Positions 1 through 13,418 of a DNA stretch of 64,000 bases are shown piece after piece. The stretch spans positions 1,544,910 through 1,608,909 of the forward strand of contig CAWJRW010000006.1 in assembly GCA_963845385.1 (NCBI GenBank), in the 5' to 3' direction. The notes under the pieces are model-generated. The model saw only the letters and a program-made list of their open reading frames with translations. It was not told the DNA's origin and did no database searches. Every line of letters starts with the position of its first letter. Positions within the stretch are counted from its first letter, which is position 1. Made by a program: the position numbers and the translations under genes. This DNA comes from an uncultured Alphaproteobacteria bacterium (GTDB lineage: Bacteria > Pseudomonadota > Alphaproteobacteria > CAWJRW01).

Positions 1-4
1 AAGC

Positions 5-532
5 TCAGGCGGCTTTGGACAGCGCCGTCTCGACCTGCTTCAAGGCGGCCTCTTCGTCGATCTTCTCGACCGCGGCAAGCTCGCGCGCCAGCCGATCGAG
101 GGCCGCCTCATAAAGCTGGCGCTCGCTATAGGACTGCTCGGGTTGGCCCGCCGCCCGATGCAAATCGCGGATCACCTCGGCGATCGAAATGAGATCGCCC
201 GAATGGATCTTGGCCTCGTATTCCTGGGCCCGCCGGCTCCACATGGTGCGCTTGATGCGCGCGCGGCCCTTGAGGGTGCGCAGCGCATTCTTCACCACGT
301 CCGGGCTCGACAGCCGGCGCAAGCCGACTTGCTTCGCCTTCGCCGTCGGCACGCGCAGCGTCATCTTGTCCTTGTCGAAGGAGACGACGAACAGCTCGAG
401 CCTGGAGCCCGCGACCTCGCGCTCCTCGATGCGCTCGATCTTGCCCACGCCGTGGGCCGGATAGACCACGAACTCGTGCTGCCGGAAGTCGAGCTTCCGC
501 AGGTTCGTCTTCGCTTGTGTCTTTTTCGCCAT
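5..532 (-). CDS. carD: CarD-family transcriptional regulator
   Basis: ORF 5..616(-) trimmed to the internal ATG (MAKKTQAK...). LDFRQHEFVVYPAHGVGKIERIEEREVAGSRLELFVVSF is the CarD/TRCF RNAP-interacting N-domain signature. Confidence 0.85.
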   Translation of the reverse strand: MAKKTQAKTNLRKLDFRQHEFVVYPAHGVGKIERIEEREVAGSRLELFVVSFDKDKMTLRVPTAKAKQVGLRRLSSPDVVKNALRTLKGRARIKRTMWSRRAQEYEAKIHSGDLISIAEVIRDLHRAAGQPEQSYSERQLYEAALDRLARELAAVEKIDEEAALKQVETALSKAA

Positions 533-853
533 CTGTCTGACCTTGAATCCATCGAGCCGAGGGCTGGACGCGCCGATGCGTGCCCGGCCGCTGCTCATTT
601 CCGTCCGGCTCCTCATGCCCTTACAACTCGTGATCGGCGCCGTCCTGGCCCACGCTCACGCCCGCGCATTCGGCGCAAACGCACACCCTTCTCCGCGCCC
701 GAGGCGGCGCGGGATGGGCCCTCCGGAATCACTACGAGGTTGAAATTATTACCACAATTTCTCATCGAAAGGAAGCCCGGAGCGTCCGCGACCTTCCGAA
801 GCGGCTACCCAAAGATGAACCAAATTGGTTAACAGACCACACCCGCTGGGGTT

Positions 854-1192
854 TCAGGAGCCCTGGCCCGGCTTCGGGCTGAAGAATTTCTCGAACTTTT
901 CGGGCACGGCCTCCCACTCCTTGGCGTCGGCCGGGGCCTCGCCCTTTTGGGTGATATTCGGCCAAGTGAGCGAGTATTGCCGGTTGAGCTCGAGCCACTT
1001 CTCGAGCCCCGGCTCGGTGTCCGGCTTGATCGCCTCCACAGGGCATTCGGGCTCGCACACGCCGCAGTCGATGCACTCGTCGGGGTGGATGACGAGCATG
1101 TTTTCGCCCTCGTAGAAGCAATCCACCGGGCAGACCTCGACGCAGTCCATGTACTTACATTTGATGCAGGCGTCGTTCACGATATAGGTCAT
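854..1192 (-). CDS. fdxA: 7Fe ferredoxin (FdxA type)
   Basis: ORF 854..1198(-). [29 protein letters not shown]...[16 protein letters not shown] carries the two Cys clusters of 3Fe-4S/4Fe-4S ferredoxins. ATG at 1192 preferred over the upstream GTG. Confidence 0.9.
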   Translation of the reverse strand: MTYIVNDACIKCKYMDCVEVCPVDCFYEGENMLVIHPDECIDCGVCEPECPVEAIKPDTEPGLEKWLELNRQYSLTWPNITQKGEAPADAKEWEAVPEKFEKFFSPKPGQGS

Positions 1193-1194
1193 CG

Positions 1195-1692
1195 TCACGC
1201 TCCCGGCGTCGTTTCCGAGGCCGCGCTCGTTTCCCGCCGAAGCCGCTCCAACACGCGCTGGCGCGCCGCACCGCTTTGCTGGTCGCTCAAATGCAAGAGC
1301 CCGGTCACGCGGCGCATGAGATTGCTTTCATATGGATGCTCCACGCCGTCGGCGTAGACCACCTCCCACAGCATTTCAATCAGACCAATACGCTCGGCCT
1401 CGCTTTGCTCCATGGCCGCACGGCGCGTGAAGCGGAAAATGTCCACGGCTTCGGCTTGCGCATTCTCGCCCGCTTCGGCCAAGGCCGCGGCCTCCGCAGG
1501 CTCGAGCCCGAAGCGCTCGGACAAGATGGCGCGGACGCGTGCCCGCTCCTCGGCGCCGTAATGGCCGTCGAGATGGGCGGCCTCGACCAAGAGCGCTGCC
1601 GCCGCCTTCCGCCGCTCGTCATGCAAGCCCCCGCCCCGGGAGGGCGGCGGGCTCTCACGGCCTTCGAGCCAAGCCTTGATGCGCTTCAGCAT
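1195..1692 (-). CDS. TerB-family (tellurite-resistance TerB-like) protein
   Basis: ORF 1195..1692(-). Two helical halves ([24 protein letters not shown] and [29 protein letters not shown]) are typical of TerB-like proteins. The stop abuts the fdxA start. Confidence 0.6.
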   Translation of the reverse strand: MLKRIKAWLEGRESPPPSRGGGLHDERRKAAAALLVEAAHLDGHYGAEERARVRAILSERFGLEPAEAAALAEAGENAQAEAVDIFRFTRRAAMEQSEAERIGLIEMLWEVVYADGVEHPYESNLMRRVTGLLHLSDQQSGAARQRVLERLRRETSAASETTPGA

Positions 1693-1770
1693 TCGCCTCC
1701 GCCATAATTCATATCAGTTGAACAACACCATTACAACGTGTTGGCTAGCTAATAACATAGCTCTAGTGTG

Positions 1771-2190
1771 TTATATGGCGCCGCCCTTGAGACGATCAAG
1801 GGCGCGGCGCTCTTTCTTGGTTGGCCGGCCTGCCCCTTTGGGACGGCTCGGCGCCTTGACCGGCCGCGCGGCAGGCGACCGCTCCGCCGGCGCCAGGTCC
1901 TCGTACAAGGTGCGCGCTTCGGCCGGCGGGCCGCGCCGGACACCAGCCGCGCCCACGCGCACGACGCGTATGCGCGCGCCCAATGGAAATGTCAGCACAT
2001 CGCCCGCCCGTACCAGATGGCTCGCCCGCGTGATGCGCAGGGTCTCGGCACCCGCGCGGCCCAAGCGTATGCGGCCGCTTTCGGCAAGCGCCTGGGCGAG
2101 CGTCCGGCTCTTGAGCAGGCGCGTGAACCACAGCCATTTGTCCACGCGCTGACCGGCAGGACTCTCTTGCCCCTTCGTGAGGCCCGCCAT
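1771..2190 (-). CDS. S4-domain RNA-binding protein (Hsp15-like)
   Basis: C-terminal part of ORF 1771..2574(-), from MAGLTKGQ (ATG at 2190). RVDKWLWFTRLLKSRTLAQALAESGRIRL is the S4/Hsp15 motif. The upstream part of the ORF only shadows the helicase tail. Confidence 0.75.
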   Translation of the reverse strand: MAGLTKGQESPAGQRVDKWLWFTRLLKSRTLAQALAESGRIRLGRAGAETLRITRASHLVRAGDVLTFPLGARIRVVRVGAAGVRRGPPAEARTLYEDLAPAERSPAARPVKAPSRPKGAGRPTKKERRALDRLKGGAI

Positions 2191-2203
2191 CCCGCAAGGC
2201 CCG

Positions 2204-5233
<3,030 letters not shown>

Positions 5234-5544
5234 GGGGCCTCACCATGGCGGTTAACAAAGAGACCGGCAAGGCGGCAGGTCCCTTTCGTTAATGCGGCGA
5301 ACGAACCCGGGACAGAGGGGGACCGAATCACTGACCGGGCTTGATTCGAGTTTTGTTCACGTACAAGATATTGCGCTGTCAACAAAATGGCGCACAAGTC
5401 ATGCAAATTGGCTAGCTCCACGCGTTAAGGCCTCGGGCGAGAGATATCGCCCGTGCGAGCCTCGCGCGCCTTCCCCGGAACAGGCGATCGCGGGGGCCGA
5501 GACGCTCCGTGAGGTGACGCTACGCTGGGGCTTGAGGCGTCTGC

Positions 5545-5574
5545 TTGACGGTGGCAGCGCCCAGCGCCTATACC
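5545..5574 (+). promoter_or_regulatory. Candidate sigma-70 promoter of rpmB (TTGACG-N17-CTATAC)
   Basis: TTGACG at 5545-5550 and CTATAC at 5568-5573, about 30 nt upstream of the rpmB ATG. Fits the alphaproteobacterial housekeeping consensus TTGAC-N17-CTATAT. Motif match only. Confidence 0.4.
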
Positions 5575-5605
5575 GGCGCCTCTTCGAAGGCTTAAGGACA
5601 ACAAC

Positions 5606-5896
5606 ATGTCGCGCCGTTGCGAACTCACGGGCAAGTCTCCGTTGCGCGGCCACAATGTGAGCCACGCCAACAACAGGACCCGCCGCGTTTTCGCGCCTAA
5701 TTTGCGCGTGGCGACGCTCGCAAGCGATGTCTTGGGCCGCAACTTTCGCTTGCGTCTTTCGATGCATGCGCTGCGCTCGGTCGACCACCGCGGCGGCCTC
5801 GATGCGTTTCTGCAAAAAGCTGCCGATCAAGACCTCTCTCTCCGCGCCCGCCGAATCAAGTACGAGATCCTGAAGGCGCTCGAAGCGCGCGCCTGA
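5606..5896 (+). CDS. rpmB: 50S ribosomal protein L28
   Basis: ORF 5606..5896(+). [33 protein letters not shown] is the canonical L28 N-terminus. Confidence 0.95.
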   Translation: MSRRCELTGKSPLRGHNVSHANNRTRRVFAPNLRVATLASDVLGRNFRLRLSMHALRSVDHRGGLDAFLQKAADQDLSLRARRIKYEILKALEARA

Positions 5897-5913
5897 ACGC
5901 ACGCCGGCTCTCC

Positions 5914-6640
5914 GTGGCGTGCGCAGCGCGTGCGCATTTCGGCGCGCCGGCGAAAGGCGGGTCCGTGAACAATTCTCCGATCAAGGCCGAGAGCGCCTTC
6001 GCGCGTGCGGGCAAACGCATTCTCGCCGCCGTGCTCGTGGTGCTTCGCCTGCTTCCCCCGGTCATCGGCATCCTCGGCGCCTACGGCGCTTCCTTTGTCT
6101 TTCAACAGCCGATCACGATGTTCGACCAATTTTTCCCGTCCGGTGTATTGGCGCCGGGCTATTGGCTTACCTGGGGTCATCTCCTCATCATGTTCGCGTT
6201 CTTCGCCGTCATGCTCACCAATCGCGCGCTCGGGCCGCCCTACGCGTTGGCGCAAGTGGCGATCGGCTGGCTCATCATCCTCTGGCGCCTGGCTCGCGGT
6301 GGCCGACATCGTGAAGACCTTTCCCGGAAGCCCCTTGCCGCCGCCCCGCGTGCTTTTGGCCTTTCTTGTCGCGCTTGGAATTGCGCATATCGCGAACATC
6401 GTCATCTTCGATCAGGCGCGCGGCAAACCGTGGTGGCGCGCGCCATTCTATGGCGGCCTCGGTGCGGCGTTGGTCTTGCCTCTTCTCTATTGGCCGATCG
6501 CGAAATGGGGCGCGGAGCCTTTCCTCGGGCGCATGGCGATCGATTTCGCCGTCAAGGCGGTGATGGTCTATGTGCTGCTTGGGCTCTACGCGCTATTGCG
6601 CCCCTTGATCCGCCCCCGCGCCGGCTTGGGCGGCTACTGA
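5914..6640 (+). pseudogene. VUT/DUF165 family (queuosine-precursor transporter YhhQ-like) membrane protein, one frame break near 6295
   Basis: N-part in the frame of ORF 5914..6720 (...TWGHLLIMFAFFAVMLTNRALGPPYALAQVAIGWLIIL). C-part in ORF 6005..6640 (...IVIFDQARGKPWWRAPFYGG...MAIDFAVKAVMVYVLLGLY). Both parallel E. coli YhhQ motifs. Start codon uncertain. Confidence 0.6.
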
Positions 6641-7714
6641 GGCGCTGCCTTCGAGCGCGAACATCAAGAGCACGGTGCGCTGCAGCCCGTTGTAGTTGTC
6701 GTCCGAGAGCACATAGATGAGCGTCTCGCCCTTGCCGTTTTGGCGCGTGGCGACGGCTTCCATGTTGTCGATCGAATAACGCACGTCGAGCTCGGCCAGC
6801 ACATCGCCGGTGAAGGCCTGGAGCGGGCCGACGGCCGCACGCTTGATGCGCCGGAGCTGCATGCCCGCGCCGCGCTCGAGGCTGAAGCTTCGCTCGAGCA
6901 CGAGCAGGTCGCCGCGCTCGCCGTTCATGGGCATGAGCGCAAGATCGGTCACGCGGTAGTCGCGTATCGCCTTGAGAAAGACGACGCCGTAACCGCCGCG
7001 GCCCACCATGGGCGGCACGGGAATGAGCCAGCCCATGAGATCGCCCATCCGGTCGCGCACGTCCTCGGAGATGGCGAGCAGCGCGTTGGTGTCGAAGTTG
7101 ACGAGACCCTTGACGCCGCCGCTCACGATGTTTGCCGGAATGTCGAGATGCGCGGGCACCTCTGTCGGCACCGCGTTGAAGCCGTCGCGGCCGTACGGAT
7201 AAAGCCAAATGCGGTTGTCGCGCTCGAAGCTCACATAGACATCGCCGTCGAGGCCTTGCTCGCCCGCGCTCGTCATGGCTTCCGCGTCGGGCTCGGTCTT
7301 GCCGGAGAGCGGCGCACCGTTCAAGTCAAGCATCGGCGCGAGATCGGCCTTGCGCAGGCCCGTGAGCCTGCCGTTCGTGTAGGTGAGTTGCGCCCTGAAC
7401 CAATAGCCCGCGTCGGATACGGCGAGCAGGCGCTTGCCGTCCGCGCTCACGATGAGGCCCGAAAGCCCGCCGAAGCGCTTGTCGCGCGACTTGAGATAGA
7501 GCCCGCCGCGATAGACGAGCTTGCCCACCTTTTCTTCCTCGGGCGCTGCGGGATTGAGCGCGATGGGCAGCGCTTCCATGTTGATCACCGATTTTCCGAT
7601 CCGCATCTTGTGGAAGTCGGTGTCGAGCTGGGTGTTCGCGCAGGCGCTGCACGCGATCACGAACAGCGAGAGGGCGGCAAAGCGCGCGCAAAGAATAGTG
7701 TGTTCTTTCCCCAT
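6593..7714 (-). CDS. Esterase-like-activity-of-phytase family secreted protein
   Basis: ORF 6593..7762(-) trimmed to MGKEHT. Signal-like LSLFVIACSACA, then FGGLSGLIVSADGKRLLAVSDAGYWF and YVLSDDNYNGLQRTVLLMF, both typical of this family. Confidence 0.6.
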   Translation of the reverse strand: MGKEHTILCARFAALSLFVIACSACANTQLDTDFHKMRIGKSVINMEALPIALNPAAPEEEKVGKLVYRGGLYLKSRDKRFGGLSGLIVSADGKRLLAVSDAGYWFRAQLTYTNGRLTGLRKADLAPMLDLNGAPLSGKTEPDAEAMTSAGEQGLDGDVYVSFERDNRIWLYPYGRDGFNAVPTEVPAHLDIPANIVSGGVKGLVNFDTNALLAISEDVRDRMGDLMGWLIPVPPMVGRGGYGVVFLKAIRDYRVTDLALMPMNGERGDLLVLERSFSLERGAGMQLRRIKRAAVGPLQAFTGDVLAELDVRYSIDNMEAVATRQNGKGETLIYVLSDDNYNGLQRTVLLMFALEGSASVAAQAGAGADQGAQ

Positions 7715-7819
7715 GGGCCTTGCCCCCCTTGACGGGAACGTGATTGCATCGGGCGAACACAATCATACACGATGATGCCTCTTCTGACTGTCCTCAGCAT
7801 GCTTAACGGGAGGTTAACG

Positions 7820-8656
7820 ATGACCGCGATCGACAAGCAGGGCTTCACGCGGCGCGACGCCGTCAAGATTGCCGGCTGCACGCTTGCCGGCGTGCTCGCA
7901 GACCCGCGGCTTGCCCGCGCCGCAGCCGAGACGCTCGAAACGGTTTCCGTGACGACGGCCGATGGGCGCACGGTTAGCGCGGCGCTGGCGCGGCCGAAGA
8001 CGAAGGGCCCCGCCGTTCTCGTCATCCACGAATTCTGGGGACTCAACGACCAGATCAAGGCGTTCACGGCCTCGCTCGGAGAGCTTGGCTATCTCGGGCT
8101 CGCGGTGGATCTCATCGGCAAGCCGGAGACCGACAACCCCGACGTCGCCATGGCGAACATGCTGGCGGTCGTTCCGAGCGAAGCGACGGAATCCGTGAAG
8201 GCCTGGATGGCATTCTTGCGCAAGCACGAGGCCGGAACCGGCAAGCTCGCGACCTTGGGCTTCTGCTTCGGCGGCGGCTGGTCGCTCAACGCGAGCCTCG
8301 CCGCGCCCGTCGACGCCACGGTGATCTATTACGGCCGGGTCGCAGCACCTCCGCCCCCGCCCGCCCCCGGCGCGCCGCCCGCGCCTTACGACAGCGGCCA
8401 AGCGTTCACGCCGGCGCAGCTCGCGCCCCTGAAGGGCCCCGTGCTCGGCCATTTCGCCATGAAGGACACCTTCATCACCAAACCGATGGTCGACGATTTC
8501 GCCGCGGCGGCAAAGAAGGCGGGAAAGTCCGTGACCGTTCATTGGTACGACGCCGAGCACGGCTTCGCCAATCCGACCACGGCGCGCTACGACAAGGAGG
8601 ACGCGCAGCTCGCCTTGACGCGCACACAGGCGTTTCTCAAAGAGAACCTCGGCTGA
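7820..8656 (+). CDS. Dienelactone hydrolase family protein with Tat-like signal
   Basis: ORF 7772..8656(+). TRRDAVKIAGCTLAG is twin-arginine-like. VLVIHEFWGLNDQIK and GFCFGGGWSL (nucleophile elbow) match dienelactone hydrolases. Confidence 0.8.
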   Translation: MTAIDKQGFTRRDAVKIAGCTLAGVLADPRLARAAAETLETVSVTTADGRTVSAALARPKTKGPAVLVIHEFWGLNDQIKAFTASLGELGYLGLAVDLIGKPETDNPDVAMANMLAVVPSEATESVKAWMAFLRKHEAGTGKLATLGFCFGGGWSLNASLAAPVDATVIYYGRVAAPPPPPAPGAPPAPYDSGQAFTPAQLAPLKGPVLGHFAMKDTFITKPMVDDFAAAAKKAGKSVTVHWYDAEHGFANPTTARYDKEDAQLALTRTQAFLKENLG

Positions 8657-8749
8657 CGCGCCGGACGCGTTCGCGCTTCGAACGGTTGCCGCACGGGCGC
8701 CGCGGCTCGTGCGCCCGTTCTTCGAGCGTCTATAACCCGCGCTCAAGCC

Positions 8750-9701
8750 ATGCGCATTCTCTTCGTCACCTCGAACCGCCTCGGCGATGCCGTGCTCTCT
8801 TCGGGCGTGCTGGCGGAACTTGTCCGCCGCTTTCCGGACGCGCGCTTCACCGTGGCGTGCGGGCGCGCGCCGTCCGAGCTTTTTTCCGCGCTGCCGCGGC
8901 TCGAACGCGTGATCGTGGTGGAGAAAGAGCCCTTCGACCTCCACTGGTTCCATTTGTGGCGCAAGACCGTGGGCTCTTGCTGGCGCATGGTGGTCGATCT
9001 GCGCGGCTCGGGGCTGTCGTGGTTTCTGGCGGCGCGCGAGCGGCGCATCGCGGGACGCGCGCGCAGCGACGAGCACCGCGTGGCAGAGTTTTGCGCGCGT
9101 GCTCGCGAGCGCCACACCTTTCGCGCCCGAGATTTTTCCGAGCGCCGAGGCGCGCGCACGGGCGGCGGAGCTTCTACCGCAAGCGGGCAAGGCGCTGGCG
9201 CTGGGGCCGACGGCCAATTGGCCGGGCAAGCAATGGCCGGCGGAGCGCTTCGCGGAGCTCGCGCGCCGTCTGACCGCGCCCGGCGCGCCGCTCGCCGAGG
9301 CGCCCATCGCGATCTTCGGCGCCCCCGGCGAGCGTCCCATGGTCGAGCCGCTTCTGCGCGCTCTGCCCGCCTCGCAGGTGATCGATCTCGTGGGCCGCGT
9401 CGATCTGCTCACGGCCTATGCGGGCCTCGCGCGTGCGGCGCTCTTCATCGGCAACGATTCGGGCCTCATGCACCTTGCCGCCGCTTCGGCGACGCCGACG
9501 CTCGGGCTTTTCGGCCCGAGCCGCGAAGCCCATTACCGGCCCTGGGGCCGCTTCACGGCCACCGTGCGCGGCCAGTCCTACGAGTTGATCATGCACGCGC
9601 CCGATTTCGACCGCCTCAAGCCGGTTTCCCACATGGGCGCCATTTCGGTCGAAGCGGTGGAGGACGCGGCGCGCGCGCTCTTGGCGCGTGCACGCGCTTA
9701 A
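8750..9701 (+). pseudogene. Glycosyltransferase family 9 (heptosyltransferase-like), one frame break near 9095
   Basis: N-part MRILFVTSNRLGDAVLSSG... lies in the frame of ORF 8750. C-part is ORF 9099..9701 (...AALFIGNDSGLMHLAAASATPTLGLFGPS). Similarity continues across a +1 shift. Confidence 0.8.
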
Positions 9702-9779
9702 GGCGGCTCTGGCGCCCGCGGCGCATTGAGGGCAAGCTCGCGCCGTTCTCGGCGCCATTCAGATGCGGAGCCGTCCCGC

Positions 9780-11107
9780 TTGAACTTCGATCTTCTCCTC
9801 AAGGGTGGCATTTGCGTCAACCACAACGGCGTGGGCGCGGCCGATGTCGGCGTGCGTGACGGCCGCATCGCCGCCATCGGCGATCTTTCGAGCGCAAGCG
9901 CGGCGACGCGTGCTCGATGTGCGCGGGCTTCATGTGCTGCCCGGGGTGATCGACACGCAAGTGCATTTCCGCGAGCCGGGATTGGAGCACAAGGAAGATT
10001 TCGAGACGGGCTCGCGCGCGGCCATTCTCGGCGGCGTCACCGCCGTCTTCGAAATGCCGAACACGAAACCGCCGACCACGAGCGCGGAGGCGCTTGCCGA
10101 CAAGCTGAAGCGCGCGCAAGGGCGCATGCATTGCCACTACGCTTTCTATGTCGGCGCGGCGCCCGACAATATCGACGCGCTCGAAAGCCTCGAACGGCTC
10201 CCCGGCGTGTGCGGCGTCAAGCTCTTCATGGGCTCGTCCACCGGCACGCTTCTCCTCGCCGAGGACGCGGACATCGCGCGCGCGCTCGCGAACGGCAGGC
10301 GGCGCATGGCCGTGCATGCCGAGGACGAGGCGCGGCTTATCGAGCGGCGGGCGCTTGCGGCGCGCGGCTTGCCCGCGACGCATCCGCTTTGGCGCGATGC
10401 GGAATCGGCATGTCGCGCGACGGAGCGGCTGCTCAAGCTCGCGACAGCGGCGCGCCGGCGCGTGCATGTGCTCCATGTCTCGACGGCCGAGGAGATGGCG
10501 CTTCTTGCCGCCCATCGCGACCTCGCCACCGTCGAGGCCACGCCACAACATCTGACGCTCGCCGCACCCGAGGCCTATGAGCGGCTCGGCACGCTGCGCG
10601 CAGATGAACCCGCCCATTCGCGAGGCGAGCCATCGCCATGCGCTGTGGCTCGCGCTGCGCCAAGGCGTGGTCGATGTTCTTGGTACGGATCATGCGCCGC
10701 ATACGCGCGACGAAAAGGCCGCGACCTATCCCGAGACGCCCTCCGGCATGCCGGGCGTGCAGACGCTCATGCCCGTCATGCTCGACCATGTGAATGCGGG
10801 CCGGCTGACGCTCGAGCGCCTCGTCGATCTCACATCCCATGGGCCCAAGCGCGTCTTCGGCATCGCGGGCAAGGGCGGGCTCGCCGTGGGCTACGACGCC
10901 GATCTGACGGTGGTCGATCTCAAGAAAAGGCGCGTCATCGAAGACTCTTGGATCGCCTCGAAATGCGGCTGGACGCCCTTTGCGGGCATGAAGGTGCAAG
11001 GCTGGCCCACGGGGACGATCATCGCCGGCACGGTCGCGATGTGGGAGGACACGATCACGGCGCCCGCCGCAGGCCAACCGATCCGCTTCGAGGAGACTCT
11101 CGCCTGA
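9780..11107 (+). pseudogene. pyrC: Dihydroorotase (amidohydrolase superfamily), two frame breaks near 9895 and 10600
   Basis: LNFDLLLKGGICVN...VRDGRIAAIGDL (frame of ORF 9726), then LPGVIDTQVHFREPG...KLFMGSSTG...VHAEDE (ORF 9805), then VLGTDHAPHT...GYDADLTVVD (ORF 10577). TTG start at 9780 is inferred. Confidence 0.85.
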
Positions 11108-11111
11108 AAAC

Positions 11112-11279
11112 CTAGAGCGTGATGATTTTAGGCTGAATTCAAAGAGGCCTCATCCTGAGGAGCCCTGCCCCTCATCCTTCGAGAGGCTCGGCGCTTGCGC
11201 GCCGAGCCCTCAGGATGAGGGGCAAGGGCGTCTCGAAGGATGAGGCCGGGCGCTCCGACCTAAAATCATCTTGCTCTAG
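11112..11279. repeat. MITE-like element: 21-bp terminal inverted repeats enclosing nested REP palindromes
   Basis: CTAGAGCGTGATGATTTTAGG at the left end versus CCTAAAATCATCTTGCTCTAG at the right end (19/21 complementary). The interior holds CCTCATCCTGAGG / CCTCATCCTTCGAGA / CCTCAGGATGAGG / TCTCGAAGGATGAGG cores. It fills the convergent pyrC/usg gap. Confidence 0.75.
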
Positions 11280-11539
11280 TTGAGGGTCAGCTCGAGGTCG
11301 GCGTAGCGGAGCTCGCTTGCGGGAATGATGCCCGCCGTGCCCACGCGCACCGAATGGAGCTTGCCATCCAGATTGGTTTGCCAGAAGGACAAGAAGCGCA
11401 TGAGCACGGGATAGCGCGGGGCGAGATCGACGGCCTGCCAGATGAAGCTTTGCAACAGCCTGGGATGGTCGGGTAAGTGGTAAAGGATTTCGGCCGTGGT
11501 CAGCCGGTAACCCCGTTCGAGCAAGTGCACGTTACGCAT
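11276..11539 (-). CDS. usg: Usg family protein
   Basis: 87-aa ORF. GYRLTTAEILYHLPDHPRLLQSFIWQAVDLAPRYPVLMRFLSFW matches the small alphaproteobacterial Usg family. Confidence 0.75.
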   Translation of the reverse strand: MRNVHLLERGYRLTTAEILYHLPDHPRLLQSFIWQAVDLAPRYPVLMRFLSFWQTNLDGKLHSVRVGTAGIIPASELRYADLELTLN

Positions 11540-11703
11540 GCTTCACCCTCGTCGACACCGAAGACTTCCGGCCGCTCCTTTCCGCCGCTACTCCTTCGTA
11601 CACGGACAAGGCTCCACCGCGTGAAGCCGCCGGTCAAGTGGAAAGCTTTATTCTAACCGCAACCGAGTTAACCCATTCTGTCTGCCGTCTGCCCGGACCC
11701 GTC

Positions 11704-12694
11704 ATGGAACGCTTCACCGCATTGATGATTCGCAAACAAGGCGAGAGCCAAAGCGTGGCGCTCGAAGAGCTTTCGCGCGACGCGCTGATGGAAGGCGACG
11801 TGGTGGTCCGGGTCGAGCATTCGACGCTTAACTACAAGGACGGGCTCGCGCTCACCGGCCGCTCGCCGGTCGTGCGGCGCTTCCCGATGATCGGCGGCGT
11901 CGATCTCGCCGGCACGGTGGAAAGCGCTGAGGGCGGCGAATGGCGCCCGGGCGAGCGCGTGATTGTCAACGGCTGGGGCTTGAGCGAGACGCATTACGGC
12001 GGTTATGCGGAGCTCGCGCGCGTGAAGAGCGAGTGGCTCGTGCCCTGCCCATCGGCCTTCAGCACCGCCGAGGCCATGGCGATCGGCACCGCGGGCTACA
12101 CGGCCATGTTGGGCGTATTGGCGCTCGAGGATCATGACGTGACGCCGGACCGCGGCCCCGTGCTGGTGACGGGTGCTGCGGGCGGCGTTGGCAGCATTGC
12201 GGTCGCACTGCTGTCAAAGCTCGGCTATACCGTGCAGGCCGCGACCGGGCGGCCGCAGGAAGAAGGCTATTTGAAAGCCTTGGGCGCTGCCGAGATCATC
12301 GGCCGGGAGGAGCTCTTGGGGGACGTGAAGCCGCTTGCCAAGCAGCGTTGGGCGGGCGCGCTCGATGTCGTGGGCGGGCGCATGCTCGCCAATGTGCTCT
12401 CCGCCATCCAGACGCGTGGCGCGGTGGCGGCGTGCGGGCTGGCCGGCGGCATGGAATTGCCCACGACGGTGGCGCCGTTCATTCTGCGCGGCGTCACGCT
12501 CGCCGGCATCGAGTCCGTCTACGAGCCGCGCCCGCGGCGCATCGAAGCCTGGACGCGGCTCGCGCGCGATCTCGACAAGAAGAAGCTCGCCAAGTTGACG
12601 CGTCATGTCGGACTCGCCGAGGTGCCGGCGCTCGCCCCCGAAATTCTCGCGGGCCGCGTGCGCGGCCGCATCGTCGTCGACATCGCAAGCGTAG
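11704..12694 (+). CDS. YhdH/AcuI-type NADPH:quinone/acrylyl-CoA reductase (MDR family); natural stop apparently lost
   Basis: ORF 11638..13050(+) from MERFTALMIRKQ. VRVEHSTLNYKDGLA, VTGAAGGVGSIAV and GRVRGRIVVDIA are family motifs. Homology ends near 12690, but the frame stays open to 13050 as an Arg/His-rich tail overlapping the next gene. The end coordinate is my estimate. Confidence 0.75.
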
Positions 12695-12706
12695 CGCCTG
12701 AGCGCG

Positions 12707-13354
12707 ATGCCGGACTCGATCGTTCTCATCGGCGTGGGCATCGTCATCGGGCTCATCACCGCGGCGCCCATCGGCGGCGTCAATCTCCTTTGCATCCGCC
12801 GAACCGTGAGCGCGGGCCCACTCAATGGCTTTCTCTCGGGGCTCGGGGCGGCGGCGGGCGACGGTCTCTTCGCGCTGCTCGCGACCTACGGCCATTCGGC
12901 GCTTGCCGATCTCTTCGTGCGCTCGGAGCACACGCTGCAATATCTCGGCGGTGCATTCCTGCTTGCTCTCGGCATCTACACCTACTTCGCCGATCCCGCG
13001 CGCGCGGCAGAACGTCGGCGCCCGCGCTGGTCAATGCGCACCACCGATGACTTGCCGCACACCATGGTCGCGACTTTTCTGCTCACCATCACCAATCCCG
13101 CGACGCTCATCGCGTTCACGGCCATCTTCGCGAGCTTAGGCGACCGGCTGGGCCTCACGCCCGATGTCAGCCATTCCGGGCTCGTGACGGCCGCGGTGTT
13201 CTCCGGCTCGGCCTTGTGGTGGCTCATCCTCGCCATCGTGGTCGAAATGTTCCACGGTCAGATCGGCGAGCACTGGCTTGCCCGCGTCAACCACATCACG
13301 GGCGCGGTGATCGCGCTTCTCGGCGTGGGCGTCCTCATCGCGGCGCTGACGTGA
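12707..13354 (+). CDS. LysE/RhtB family amino-acid exporter
   Basis: ORF 12707..13354(+), six hydrophobic segments. GIVIGLITAAPIGGVNLLCIRRT and FLLTITNPATLIAFTAIF are LysE-family motifs. Confidence 0.85.
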   Translation: MPDSIVLIGVGIVIGLITAAPIGGVNLLCIRRTVSAGPLNGFLSGLGAAAGDGLFALLATYGHSALADLFVRSEHTLQYLGGAFLLALGIYTYFADPARAAERRRPRWSMRTTDDLPHTMVATFLLTITNPATLIAFTAIFASLGDRLGLTPDVSHSGLVTAAVFSGSALWWLILAIVVEMFHGQIGEHWLARVNHITGAVIALLGVGVLIAALT

Positions 13355-13418
13355 GCGCGGCTGGTCTCGTTCACGCGGCGGCGTTAGGATGACCGCTGCT
13401 CGCAATGAAAGAGGCACA

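Noticed and set aside
6593-6640. 48-bp convergent overlap of the VUT-family and phytase-like genes as a regulatory antisense arrangement
   Set aside because: Terminal overlaps of this size are common in compact high-GC genomes. One partner is already frame-broken, so its true 3' end is uncertain.
12695-13050. The C-terminal 119-codon extension of the reductase as a real extra domain
   Set aside because: The Arg/His/Ala-rich sequence has no fold-like pattern, and it exactly shadows the well-supported LysE ORF in another frame.
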